Positions 53,538-64,000 of a DNA stretch of 64,000 bases are shown here, one piece after another. A program made the translations under genes and the position numbers. Every line of letters starts with the position of its first letter. Positions within the stretch are counted from its first letter, which is position 1. The stretch spans positions 310,001 to 374,000 of the forward strand of contig JBODTK010000115.1 in the NCBI GenBank assembly GCA_050613775.1. The letters run 5' to 3'. Under the pieces are notes generated by a model. That model had not been told where the DNA came from. It ran no database searches and was given only the letters and a program-made list of their open reading frames with translations. The DNA comes from Neocallimastix sp. 'constans' (lineage: Eukaryota).

Positions 53538-54470
53538 GAAATAATATTAATGATAAAAAATATAAATATCTTATGTTTTTAAATAATATCATATTATTTT
53601 AAAATAGATTTCTGTGTTTCCCAAGAAAACCAATACTGGCCAGAATTGATGTTGTAAGTATTTTCAAAGTTATTTTAAAATAAAGATTTTTAGTAAAGAA
53701 ATTATAAATTAAAAATTTGAAAATTTTAAAATATTGAAATGGTAAAAAATAAATAATTTCTTAAAATTTATTTAATTTTTTTTTATTTTATATTATTTTT
53801 TTTTTAAAGCTATTACAAAGGTGTTAAGAAAGGTAGTTATGATGGAGAAGATGAAATTGAAGATATTGTTAAGTATATTAATGAAAAGAAAGACTCTCTC
53901 ATGAAGGTAAAATCAACCAAGAATGTTAAACCATTAAAGAGTGGTTTACCATCCAAGAAACCAGGAAAGAATCCACCTTCAAATAAACCATCCACAAAGA
54001 ATCCACCTAAGAAGCCAACTAAGGTACCAGCTAAGAGACCACCACCACCCAAACCTGTAAAAGATTTACCACCACCAAAGAATGAGGAAAGTAAAGATAA
54101 TGAGAGTGATGATAATGAAATTGAAGAAATTGACGTAGATGACAATAACTACGAAAATAATAATAGTAATAATGGTATTGAGGAAGAAATCGATAACAGT
54201 ATTGATGATAAAAATCATGAAATTGAAAATGGTATCGAAGAAGAAGATTATTATATTCCTAAGAAGGGTGGAAATGTTGAAAATAATGAAGCTCTTGATC
54301 AAAATGAAGGTTCCTCTCATGTTTTAGTATACTCTATTGGTGGTTGTGCTGCTTGCGTAGCAGGTTTACTCTTTGCAAAGAAAAGATTTAGAGGTCAAGG
54401 ATACTCTAGAATTGGTGGAAATGAAAGAACAGCTCAAATGAGATACAAATATGACAAACATATTGTTTAA
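52772..54470 (+). CDS. signal-peptide thioredoxin/PDI-fold type-I membrane protein (~360 aa); exons 52772-53147, 53608-53653, 53810-54470
   Basis: Both GT-AG introns splice in frame. Signal peptide; LWIVFFGSKKCPHTQKFNPKW; KIECYGEQFDFC..QYWPELMFYYKG; Pro/Lys-rich then acidic linker; TM VLVYSIGGCAACVAGLLFA followed by KKRFRGQGYSRI. Confidence 0.85.
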
Positions 54471-54630
54471 TTTATAATCATATTATATATATAAAATAAA
54501 TATTAATTAAATAAATATAAATAAATAAATAAATAATTATAATAAACAAAATTAATAATAATTATAATAAAATAAATAAATAATTATAATAAAACAAATA
54601 AATGATTATTATAAAATGAAAATAATTTTA

Positions 54631-54680
<50 letters not shown>

Positions 54681-56559
54681 TTTCGAAAATAATGAAAAAT
54701 AAAAAAATTTTAAAAAAAAAAAAAAAAAATAAAAAAATAAAATAAAATAAAAATATATATAAAAATTTTTAAGAAATAAAATAATAATAAAATAAATATA
54801 TCTATTGATAATTATTAATACATGTTGAATTTCAGAATTGTATTTAAAAATCATTTATATATGTCGCATTTAACAGAATTGGCGTATTTATTAAAATAAT
54901 CATATATATGTTATACTCCAAAATTGATGAATCTGTTAATAATTATTCATATAAAATAATCATATATATGTTATACTCTAAAATTGATGTATCTGCTAAT
55001 AATTATTTATAAAAGACATAAAATAAAAATAGTAATAATAAAAAAATATATTTATTAAGAATTGTTTATGTATATAAATCATTTATTTATGTATAAAATA
55101 AAAAATTTTCATTTTTTTTATTTTTATGTCTAAAAAAAAAAATATACATATAAAAATAAATTACATGCTGAAGGTGAAATTATTTTAAAATTTTATACAT
55201 TTGAAAAATTTTTACATATATGAACGAAAATTATATGTACTAAGTGAATTTTTTTGAATTAAAACTGAATTTTTATAGAAAAATAAAATTAATATTTCTA
55301 TCTAATTTTAATTTTATTTCAAAAAAATCTCTAATATAAATATATATGTGTGGTAAATAATAAAGTTATTTTTAATTATTGATAAATTTTTTTTTTTCTA
55401 AAATATATATATTATTACTATTAAAGAAAAATGGAATAATAAAATGATAAAAAAAAAAAAAAAAAAAAAAAAAAATCAATAAAAATAATTTGTTATAATA
55501 TAATATATATTAACATGTATACATATTTTTTATAATATAACAATAACATATATTATAATAGTTAAAATAATAGAATGTGAAAATGATAGTACATTTTTAC
55601 GATCATCTACAATGTATATACATAATAAATTCTATCAATGTTTTTGTCTATTGATAGCAAATGAAATTTAATGTAAAATATTTTATTGGATATAACCATT
55701 TAATATAAATAAAGAAACATAAATAAAGAAATACCATTACTTTTTGCTTACAAAGGTGGAAATGAAACTCTAGTCGCATATTTGTCGCATATTTAATTAA
55801 ACATGGTGTCGATATAAATAAAACGATTAAGTATAAATTTTTTTTTGTAGCAATTTGTTTATTCAATAACTACTTCCATAAAATAAATGAAATCACTTCA
55901 AAAGATTATTAATTAATTCTTTTAATACCTAAAATATGAAATATTGTTACTCTAAATAGTTTAATAAGTAATCATAATTATAATGATAATAAAAATAGAG
56001 AAAGTATTGGAAATTTATAATAATATTAATAATGCTTTTAAATATAGAAGTTAAAATTACAACATATAGAATTTTAAACTATTATCACTTGTATGATATC
56101 TATCTATAATATACACATAATAATATTAAGTAAAAAAAATATAATATAGATATGTTTAATGTTATTTTTATATTTTAATGTGAAGATAATGGTATAATAG
56201 TAATAATAAGTATTAGTTTTATTTATTTTTTATTTTTTATTTTTTTAATTATTAAAATTAATGAAATTATAACATATAAATTAATAACAAACAATAAATT
56301 TATGTAATACACGTGTTATAAAGTTATAATGTAAGTTATTTATTTAAATTCATATAATAAAAAAATGTTTCTCATTATTATACGAATTTAAGAAAATTAT
56401 ATAAAGTATATATATATATATAATTTTTTTTTTTTTTTTAAATTTTGAAAACTTTAAATTATTCTAATTATTCGTCTGTTTTGGTAAAGTTTATTTTTTA
56501 TTTTTTTTTATAAATTTATAAATATCACATGAAAAATATTTTTAGTTAATGAATAAATT

Positions 56560-56651
56560 TAACTTCTAAATCTTCATTTTCCATTTTTGGCTTAGATATT
56601 ATTTATATCTGCATTTTTAGGAATACTAAATGATCTTGAAAATTTACCATA
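56560..56651 (-). pseudogene. HSP20 fragment relic
   Basis: Matches 57475-57565 (YGKFSRSFSIPKNADINNI*AK...) with a stop codon and a frameshift. Confidence 0.75.
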
Positions 56652-57415
56652 TTAATAATAAAAAAAAAAAAAAAATAAAAATATTATTTGAATGATACTA
56701 TAATAATTCTATAATTTTTTTCTATTAAAATTAAAATTTTATGTAAATGAGTGAAGTCTATAAATATATTATTTAATTGTTAACTTTTATTTTATATTAT
56801 TTTATTTTAATTTTTAATTTATTATTATATATCAAAAAATTTATATTAAATAATTTATAATTTATATAAATACATATTAATATTTAATTATTTTTATAAT
56901 AAAATGTAAATATATTTAAATATCACAAAGAATATATCAATTGAATAAATTTAACGTAGATAAATTATAATGAAATAATGAAATAAATTATAAAATAATA
57001 ATTTAAGAAAAATTATTTAAGTAATGACATAAAAAAAAAAAAAATTAAACAAAAATTAAAATATATTTATATTATCAATTAAAAACACTTAAATATAGAT
57101 AAAACAAATGAAAATTTTTAATTTTATTTTTTTTTTCTATTTTATTTATTTACAATATATTTTATTTACAATAATTTTATATAAATTAATAGCTAAATAA
57201 TTTAGAATAAATATGATAGTTTTTGAAAATGTTTTTATAAATAATATAATATTTAATTCATATTATTTATATTTATTTAAACTCTAAGTATTCATTAAAT
57301 ATTATAATGAGGTAATAATTAAAAATATTAAATAATATATTACTTAAAAAAATTTTTATGATAGATACATTATTTAATATTATTAAAATTATTTAAGATT
57401 AGTCAATTAGAAAAT

Positions 57416-58081
57416 TCACTGAATTTGAATAGAATGTTTATGTTCATTCTTTTGAGGTTCCATCTTTTTAAGAGTAACTTCTAAGACACCATTTTCCATT
57501 TTGGCTTGAATATTATTTATATCCGCATTTTCAGGAATACTAAATGATCTTGAAAATTTACCATAACTACATTCTATTCTACTATATTTTTTATCATTTT
57601 CTTCTTTTTTAGACTCTTTATTTTCATTGGAATCTTTCTTATTACTTTCTTTATTATTTTCTTCTTTACTTGAATCCTTTTTAGAATTCTTATCAGAATT
57701 ATCAATAATAGTTTCTCTTTCACCAGAAATAGTTAAAACACGTTCATCATCTGAAAGCTCCATTTTAACTTGATCTTTCTTCATACCTGGTAAATCAGCA
57801 TGAATATAATAATTATTTTCATCTTCACTCAAATTAATCTTTGGACTGAAATCCACAGATTTGAAAACATCACTATTGAATGCTTTAGAAATTTTATTTT
57901 CTAAAGACTTTACTGGATTATAAGAAAGATATGGATAAGGATATAAAGTAGGGAAAGTAATCAAAGGATGATTAAAAAATTCATTATCGAAAGCATGGTC
58001 GAAATCATCGAAAAATGAATCTCTTAATAAAGAATTATTTCTTCTAATAGATAAAGGATGTTCACGAATGAATAAAGACAT
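57416..58081 (-). CDS. small heat shock protein (HSP20/alpha-crystallin domain), 221 aa
   Basis: PKINLSEDENNYYIHADLPGMKKDQVKMEL..VLTISGER, SYGKFSRSFSIP, AKMENGVLEVTLKK and C-terminal IQI motif. Confidence 0.95.
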   Translation of the reverse strand: MSLFIREHPLSIRRNNSLLRDSFFDDFDHAFDNEFFNHPLITFPTLYPYPYLSYNPVKSLENKISKAFNSDVFKSVDFSPKINLSEDENNYYIHADLPGMKKDQVKMELSDDERVLTISGERETIIDNSDKNSKKDSSKEENNKESNKKDSNENKESKKEENDKKYSRIECSYGKFSRSFSIPENADINNIQAKMENGVLEVTLKKMEPQKNEHKHSIQIQ

Positions 58082-60198
58082 TTTTACTATTTGAAATATT
58101 ATTGTTTGTTTTATAATTGTTTGTTTTATTAATTACTTTTTTAGATTTGTTTTTTGTTTTATTATATTGTTTTTTAATAAGCGATTATATTATTTTTTTT
58201 TTTTATTTAAGCGTTTAATATTTTAAAATATTTATTATTTATATTTTTGAGTATAAAAATTAATGAAGAAAATAGTTTTATTCGAGGAAATGAATGCTAT
58301 TTATATTTTTTTTAAATCATATAGAAGATATAATATCTATTTCCTTTAAAAATAAAGTTTTCTAGTAATTCTTTTTAATGAAGCATGCATTGATTATAAA
58401 AAAAAAAAAAAAAAATAAAACTCTTTCACAATTATAAGAAAGGACTAATTAATTTCTACAAATTTCTACATTTTCTATTTTTTCTATATTTTTAATGTAT
58501 TGTATTACATCTACTTAAAATTATAATATAATTAATAAATATAAAAATTTTTTTAATTTCTATTTTAATTTCTATTGGATAAAATTAGAAGAATTTTAAA
58601 TAATATTAAAATTTTTTATTTTGAAAAATATTTTAATTTTAATGAATAATCCATTAACCATTAATAAATTTACAATCATATTAGAACTTTAAAAAAAAAA
58701 AAACTGAAGAAATTCTTTTTAAAAATTTATTCAATATTAGTTATAAATATGTTTATTAATTATGAAACTATAAAGTTTTATATATATTTTCTTGTTAATT
58801 AAGTAAAGAAATATAAAATTAAAAAATAAATATTTTAATGTATTAATAAATAGATAATAAAAATAAAAATTTAATAAGATATATTGCAACTTGGTTATAA
58901 TTTTTATAATTATAATTATTGAAATTTTAATATATTTTTTTTAATTTTATTTATTTTTATATTTTATTTTTTTTTCTTTTTTTTTTTTTTATTTAATTTC
59001 ATTTTTAAATTTATGAAAGTAATTATTGAAAATATTTCAAAAAATTATATATATATATATAAATGTACCTTGTAATTTATATTGTATAAAATATATAACT
59101 TTCAATAATACTTTATAATTAAACTATTTATTGTAAAATAATTAAATAATATATATCTATTTTGATTTTTTTATTTTAAAATAAATCAATTAAACCTTGA
59201 TATAAATCTATTTTTTGTATACTTTGAAACAAAAAAAAAAAAAGTTAAATATAAAATTTATAAAATATGTTATAAGCATTATATATTTACTTTTTTGTAT
59301 AAAGTTATAAATGCTATTTAATTAATTGTTAACTTTTATTTTATTTTATATTTTTTCTTATTTTAAATTATTATATTTTATATTATTTTATTTTATATTA
59401 TATTAATTTTTATTTTTTTATTATAATTCTTTACTATTAAAATCAAAAATTAATTTAAAATAATTTATAATATAAATAAATAAAAATTAATATTTAATCA
59501 TTTTTATAACTAACATTAAATATATTTAAAAAATCCAAAGTTTACATTAATTGAATAAATATGAAATAAATTAATTTTAATTAAATAATGAAATAAATTA
59601 TAAAATTATAATTTAGAAAGAATTATCAAAATAATGAAAATTGGGAGGTACATACTGGAAGTAAAAAAAAAAAAAAAAAATTAAAATAGTAGAAATTAAA
59701 AATGAAATTAAAAAAAAAAAAATAAAAAATTTAAAATTTATTAATTACATTATAATTTTACGTAGAAATAATACAATACATTAAATATATAGAAAAAATA
59801 GAAAATGTAGAAATTTGTAGAAATTAATTAGTTCTATCTTATATATCTTATATACATGAATGAGTTTTAATTCTTTTTTATAATCAATGCATACTTCATT
59901 AAAAAGAATTACTAGAAAACTTTATTTTTAAAGGAAATAGATATTATATTTTTTATATGATTTCAAAAAAATATAAATAGCATTCATTTCCTCGAATATA
60001 AATATTTTCTTCATTATTTTTTTTATTCAAAAATATAAATAATAAATATTTAAAAAATATTAAACGCTTAAAAAAAAAAAATAATAATATAATCGCTTAT
60101 TAAAAAACAATATAATAAAACAAAAAAGCAAATCTAAAAAAAAGTAATTAATAAAACAAACAATTATAAAACAAACAATAATATTTCAAATAATAAAA

Positions 60199-60876
60199 AT
60201 GTCTTTATTCATTCGTGAACATCCTTTATCTATTAGAAGAAATAATTCTTTATTAAGAGATTCATTTTTCGATGATTTCGACAATGCTTTCGACAATGCT
60301 TTCGATAATGAATTTTTTAATCATCCTTTGATTACTTTCCCTACTTTATATCCTTATCCATGTCTATCTTATAATCCAGTAAAGTCTTTAGAAAATCAAA
60401 TTTCTAAAACATTCAATAGTGATGTTTTCAAATCTGTGGATTTCAGTCCAAAGATTAATTTGAGTGAAGATGAAAATAATTATTATATTCATGCTGATTT
60501 ACCAGGTATGAAGAAAGATCAAGTTAAAATGGAGCTTTCAGATGATGAACGTGTTTTAACTATTTCTGGTGAAAGAGAAACTATTATTGATAATTCTGAT
60601 AAGAATTCTAAAAAGGATTCAAGTAAAGAAGAAAATAATAAAGAAAGTAATAAGGAAGATTCCAATGAAAATAAAGATTCTAAAAAAGAAGAAAATAATA
60701 AGAAATATAGTAGAATAGAATGTAGTTATGGTAAATTTTCAAGATCATTTAGTATTCCTGAAAATGCGGATATAAATAATATTCAAGCCAAAATGGAAAA
60801 TGGTGTCTTAGAAGTTACTCTTAAAAAGATGGAACCTCAAAAGAATGAACATAAACATTCTATTCAAATTCAGTAA
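60199..60876 (+). CDS. small heat shock protein (HSP20), 225 aa, inverted duplicate
   Basis: Near-identical to 57416-58081 with an extra 4-aa tandem unit (FDNAFDNAFDNE). Confidence 0.95.
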   Translation: MSLFIREHPLSIRRNNSLLRDSFFDDFDNAFDNAFDNEFFNHPLITFPTLYPYPCLSYNPVKSLENQISKTFNSDVFKSVDFSPKINLSEDENNYYIHADLPGMKKDQVKMELSDDERVLTISGERETIIDNSDKNSKKDSSKEENNKESNKEDSNENKDSKKEENNKKYSRIECSYGKFSRSFSIPENADINNIQAKMENGVLEVTLKKMEPQKNEHKHSIQIQ

Positions 60877-62096
60877 ATTTTCTTATTTACTAATCTTAAA
60901 TAATTTTAATAATATTAAATAATGTATCTATCATAATTTTTTTTAAGTAATATATTATTTAATATTTGTAATTATTACCTCATTATAATATTTAATGAAT
61001 ACTTAGAGTTTAAATAAATATAAATAATATGAATTAAATATTATATTATTTATAAAAACATTTTCAAAAACTATCATATTTATTCTAAATTATTTAGCTA
61101 TTAATTTATATAAAATTACTGAAAATAAAATATATTGTAAATAAATAAAATAGAAAAGAAAATAAAAATAAAAATAAAAATAAAACATTTTTATTTGTTA
61201 TATATATATTTATGGTGTTTTAATTGAAGTATTTAGTATGAGATTTTTTTTTTGTAATATTAATAATATTTCATAAATTATTATTATTCCATTTATTTCA
61301 TTAATATAATAATTAATCTATGTTATATTTAATCAATTTATGTAATCATAATTTTTAAATATATTTAAATTTAGTTATAAAAATGATTAAATACTAATTT
61401 TAGTTCTCTGTAAATTTCAAATTATTTTATATGAATTTTTGCTTCTAATATTAAATAATTATAATAAAAAATTAAAATAAAATACTATTAAATATAATAA
61501 TAGTTAATAATTAAATATAATTTATAATTTCAATTTAATTGAATTTTTTTTTGTAATTAAAAAATGACAACTAAAAATATTTTATTATAAATATAAAATG
61601 TATATATATATATTTTAACATAAAATAATATTTTATTACTTTTTTTTTTTTATTTTATTTTTTTTTTTTTTTTTTTTTTGTTGTTGTTGTTGTTGTTGTT
61701 GTTTAAAAATACAAATAAAAGGGGTTTATATACAGGTTAAATTAATTTATTTTGAGAAAATGAAATTAAATAGTTATTTGTATTCTTTTTATTTAATAAT
61801 ATTATGGTGAATAATTTTATTATGAAAATATAATTTAAACTTATGTAATATAAATTACATTTTACATTTTGTACAGTTTAAATTACAAGATACTTTTTTT
61901 TTTTTTTTTTTTTTTTATCAACATATTTAAAATTTTTAATATTGAATATTATAAATTTAAAAATAAAATAAAATAAAATAAAAAATAAAAGTAAAATTAA
62001 AGAAATATAAAAATAAAATAAAATAACTTTAGAATCTTATAAATAAAATAATAAGACATAAATATATATGTCTTATTATATATATAAATTTTATTT

Positions 62097-62100
<4 letters not shown>

Positions 62101-62155
<55 letters not shown>

Positions 62156-63130
62156 GCCGCAATTATTGCGAACTTTAATCTTTATTTATTTATTCTTATA
62201 GAAAATACATGAATACTTTTAATTTTAATAAAAATAAAAAAAACACAGAATTAATAAAAAAAATAAAAAAATTATTTGTCCAATTGAACATAAAAATAAA
62301 AGAAATAGTAACGTGAAATAAAAAGTAATAATCAAAAATAAGTGTATAAATAAATTCAGAAAAAAGTTCATATGCAACGAACCTCACCTCCTTATGGATT
62401 AGGGTTTGAATTGACTATCTGAAAGAAATTATGGTCTTCTCCTTCAGAGGCATTCGCCCTACTAGCCTTTCTTACTGCATTTTCAGCGTTGACGCTCCTG
62501 GTTAGTTTGCACTTATACTTTCGGAATAGTAACCCTTGCCGAGTACTAGCCCGAGGCATAATTTCTGTAAAGAGAGCCGCAGATCGCACCATGAACGGCA
62601 TTTTTGAATAATCACTAGAAATGATTTGATTCTTAAACAAAATATTCAATTCCTTTTTATAATTTAAATCTATTATATCTACATCCCTTCCACCAAGAAG
62701 AAAGTTATATAATTAGTACCACGTCACGTATATATTTACACACTCATTATTCAGAAAATTACATAAATTACTAGTCTCCTTCTTGGAGGAAATGCAGTAT
62801 TTGAAATCTTAAAGATCGGCTCGGGGGAAAGAAGGCGATATATTAATAATATTTTTCAATCACCTTCGAACGAGTCTTCTTTCCCGATTTCATATTTTGT
62901 GGGGATTGCGGAATTCCTTACTAACGTTATGCCTATTGTGATTTGTGATTTTTACACCATGATCGATTTGTATAGTGTTAGACCTACCGTTGTCAAGAGC
63001 GTCGACGTCGTAACGATAAGGCAAAGAAGAAATTCTGATACAGATTCGAATGATAATTTTCATCCACATGGAGTTATCTTCGATGAATGGGAAGAGTTAG
63101 AGGCCTTTTCGTCCTCGAATCTCATAACGT
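62101..63130 (-). mobile_element. degenerate 3' portion of a non-LTR retroelement with poly(A) tail
   Basis: T run at 62101-62152 on +; minus-strand ORF remnant LLGGRDVDIIDLNYKKELNILFKN...VNAENAVRKA...NSNPNP*; 62101-62510 matches 10350-10746; elevated GC up to ~63130 (5' boundary uncertain). Confidence 0.7.
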
Positions 63131-63396
63131 AGTTTTTTAATATTAATATAAAAAAAAAATTTCATGTATTTAAACTTCATGTATTTTTTAAAAAAAATAA
63201 ATATTATTAAATAAAGTTTATTCCTAGTATAAAAAAAAAAAAAAAAAAAAAAACATAAATTACTACGATTTTCACCAATTGAACTATTCATAAAATTAGA
63301 AGTAACGATATTATAATTTTCACTATCACTAATATAAGTATTTCTATTTTCACTATCACTATATAAATTTTAGTATTTATAAATTAGGATTTCTTT

Positions 63397-63441
<45 letters not shown>

Positions 63442-63679
63442 TCATTATTAATAATAAATATTTTATCAGAAAAAATAATTAATAAAATATTTAAATAAAT
63501 AAAAATTTTATATAAGATCAAAAAAAAAAAAAAAAAAAAAAAAATAAATAATATAAAAAATAAATATATATATATATATATATAAATATTAAAAACTCAT
63601 ACAAATGAATTTATTTTTTTATTATTTGTAAACTTTTTTTATTTTAAAACTTTCATAAACGTTAGTTATGATTTAATGA

Positions 63680-63885
63680 TTTTTATAATAAAAACTAAAT
63701 ATATTTAAAAATAACAATACATAAATTGAATAAATATAATATAGAATAATTAAAATGAAATAATAAAATAAATATTAAATTAATAATTTAAGAAAAATTA
63801 TTAGTATAGTGAAAAAAAAATCATACTAATTCTTTCAATTAAGAACACAAATATAAATAAAATAAATAAAAAATTTTTATTTTTA

Positions 63886-63916
<31 letters not shown>

Positions 63917-64000
63917 TATTTACAATATATTTTATTTACAATAATTTTATATAAATTAATAGCTAAATAATTTAGAATAAATATGATAGTTTTTGAAAAT
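63680..64000. repeat. copy of the HSP20 3' flank (same orientation as 56900-57230)
   Basis: Last ~90 nt identical to 57142-57230 (tttatttatttacaatatatttt...gatagtttttgaaaat). Confidence 0.8.

Noticed and set aside
58330..58490. Heat-shock elements in the HSP20 promoters
   Set aside because: TTC/GAA units are present and conserved between arms, but the spacing does not give a clean nGAAnnTTCn array; not supportable by eye

Overview
Extremely AT-rich eukaryotic DNA with long poly(A)/poly(T) tracts, (TTATTAT)n satellites, GT-AG introns and low gene density. It is most consistent with an anaerobic gut fungus (Neocallimastigomycota); this is inferred from composition and gene style, not proven. 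Nine intact genes: (i) three intronless bacterial-style GNAT acetyltransferases on + (3999-4574, 13388-13963, 16377-16910); (ii) converging on them, three tandem two-exon ~1690-aa hybrid synthetases on - (22782-28215, 29255-34699, 36560-41986) with the architecture adenylation - carrier - ketosynthase - catalytically dead acyltransferase remnant, lacking any downstream ACP, reductase or thioesterase; (iii) a three-exon type-I membrane thioredoxin-fold protein with a CPHT motif (52772-54470); (iv) a head-to-head inverted pair of HSP20 genes (57416-58081, 60199-60876). There is also an HSP20 relic and the flank of a probable further copy at the window end. Intergenic DNA holds poly(A)-tailed retroelement ends (one with a 12-bp TSD), two copies of a MITE-like element, a tRNA-like 3' fragment, a decayed Pro/Gln-rich pseudogene and several tandem repeats. 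The best candidate for a novel system is the 3 GNAT + 3 A-T-KS-AT0 locus, where paralog divergence is concentrated in the adenylation substrate pocket. Most other ORFs in the track are low-complexity or antisense artefacts.
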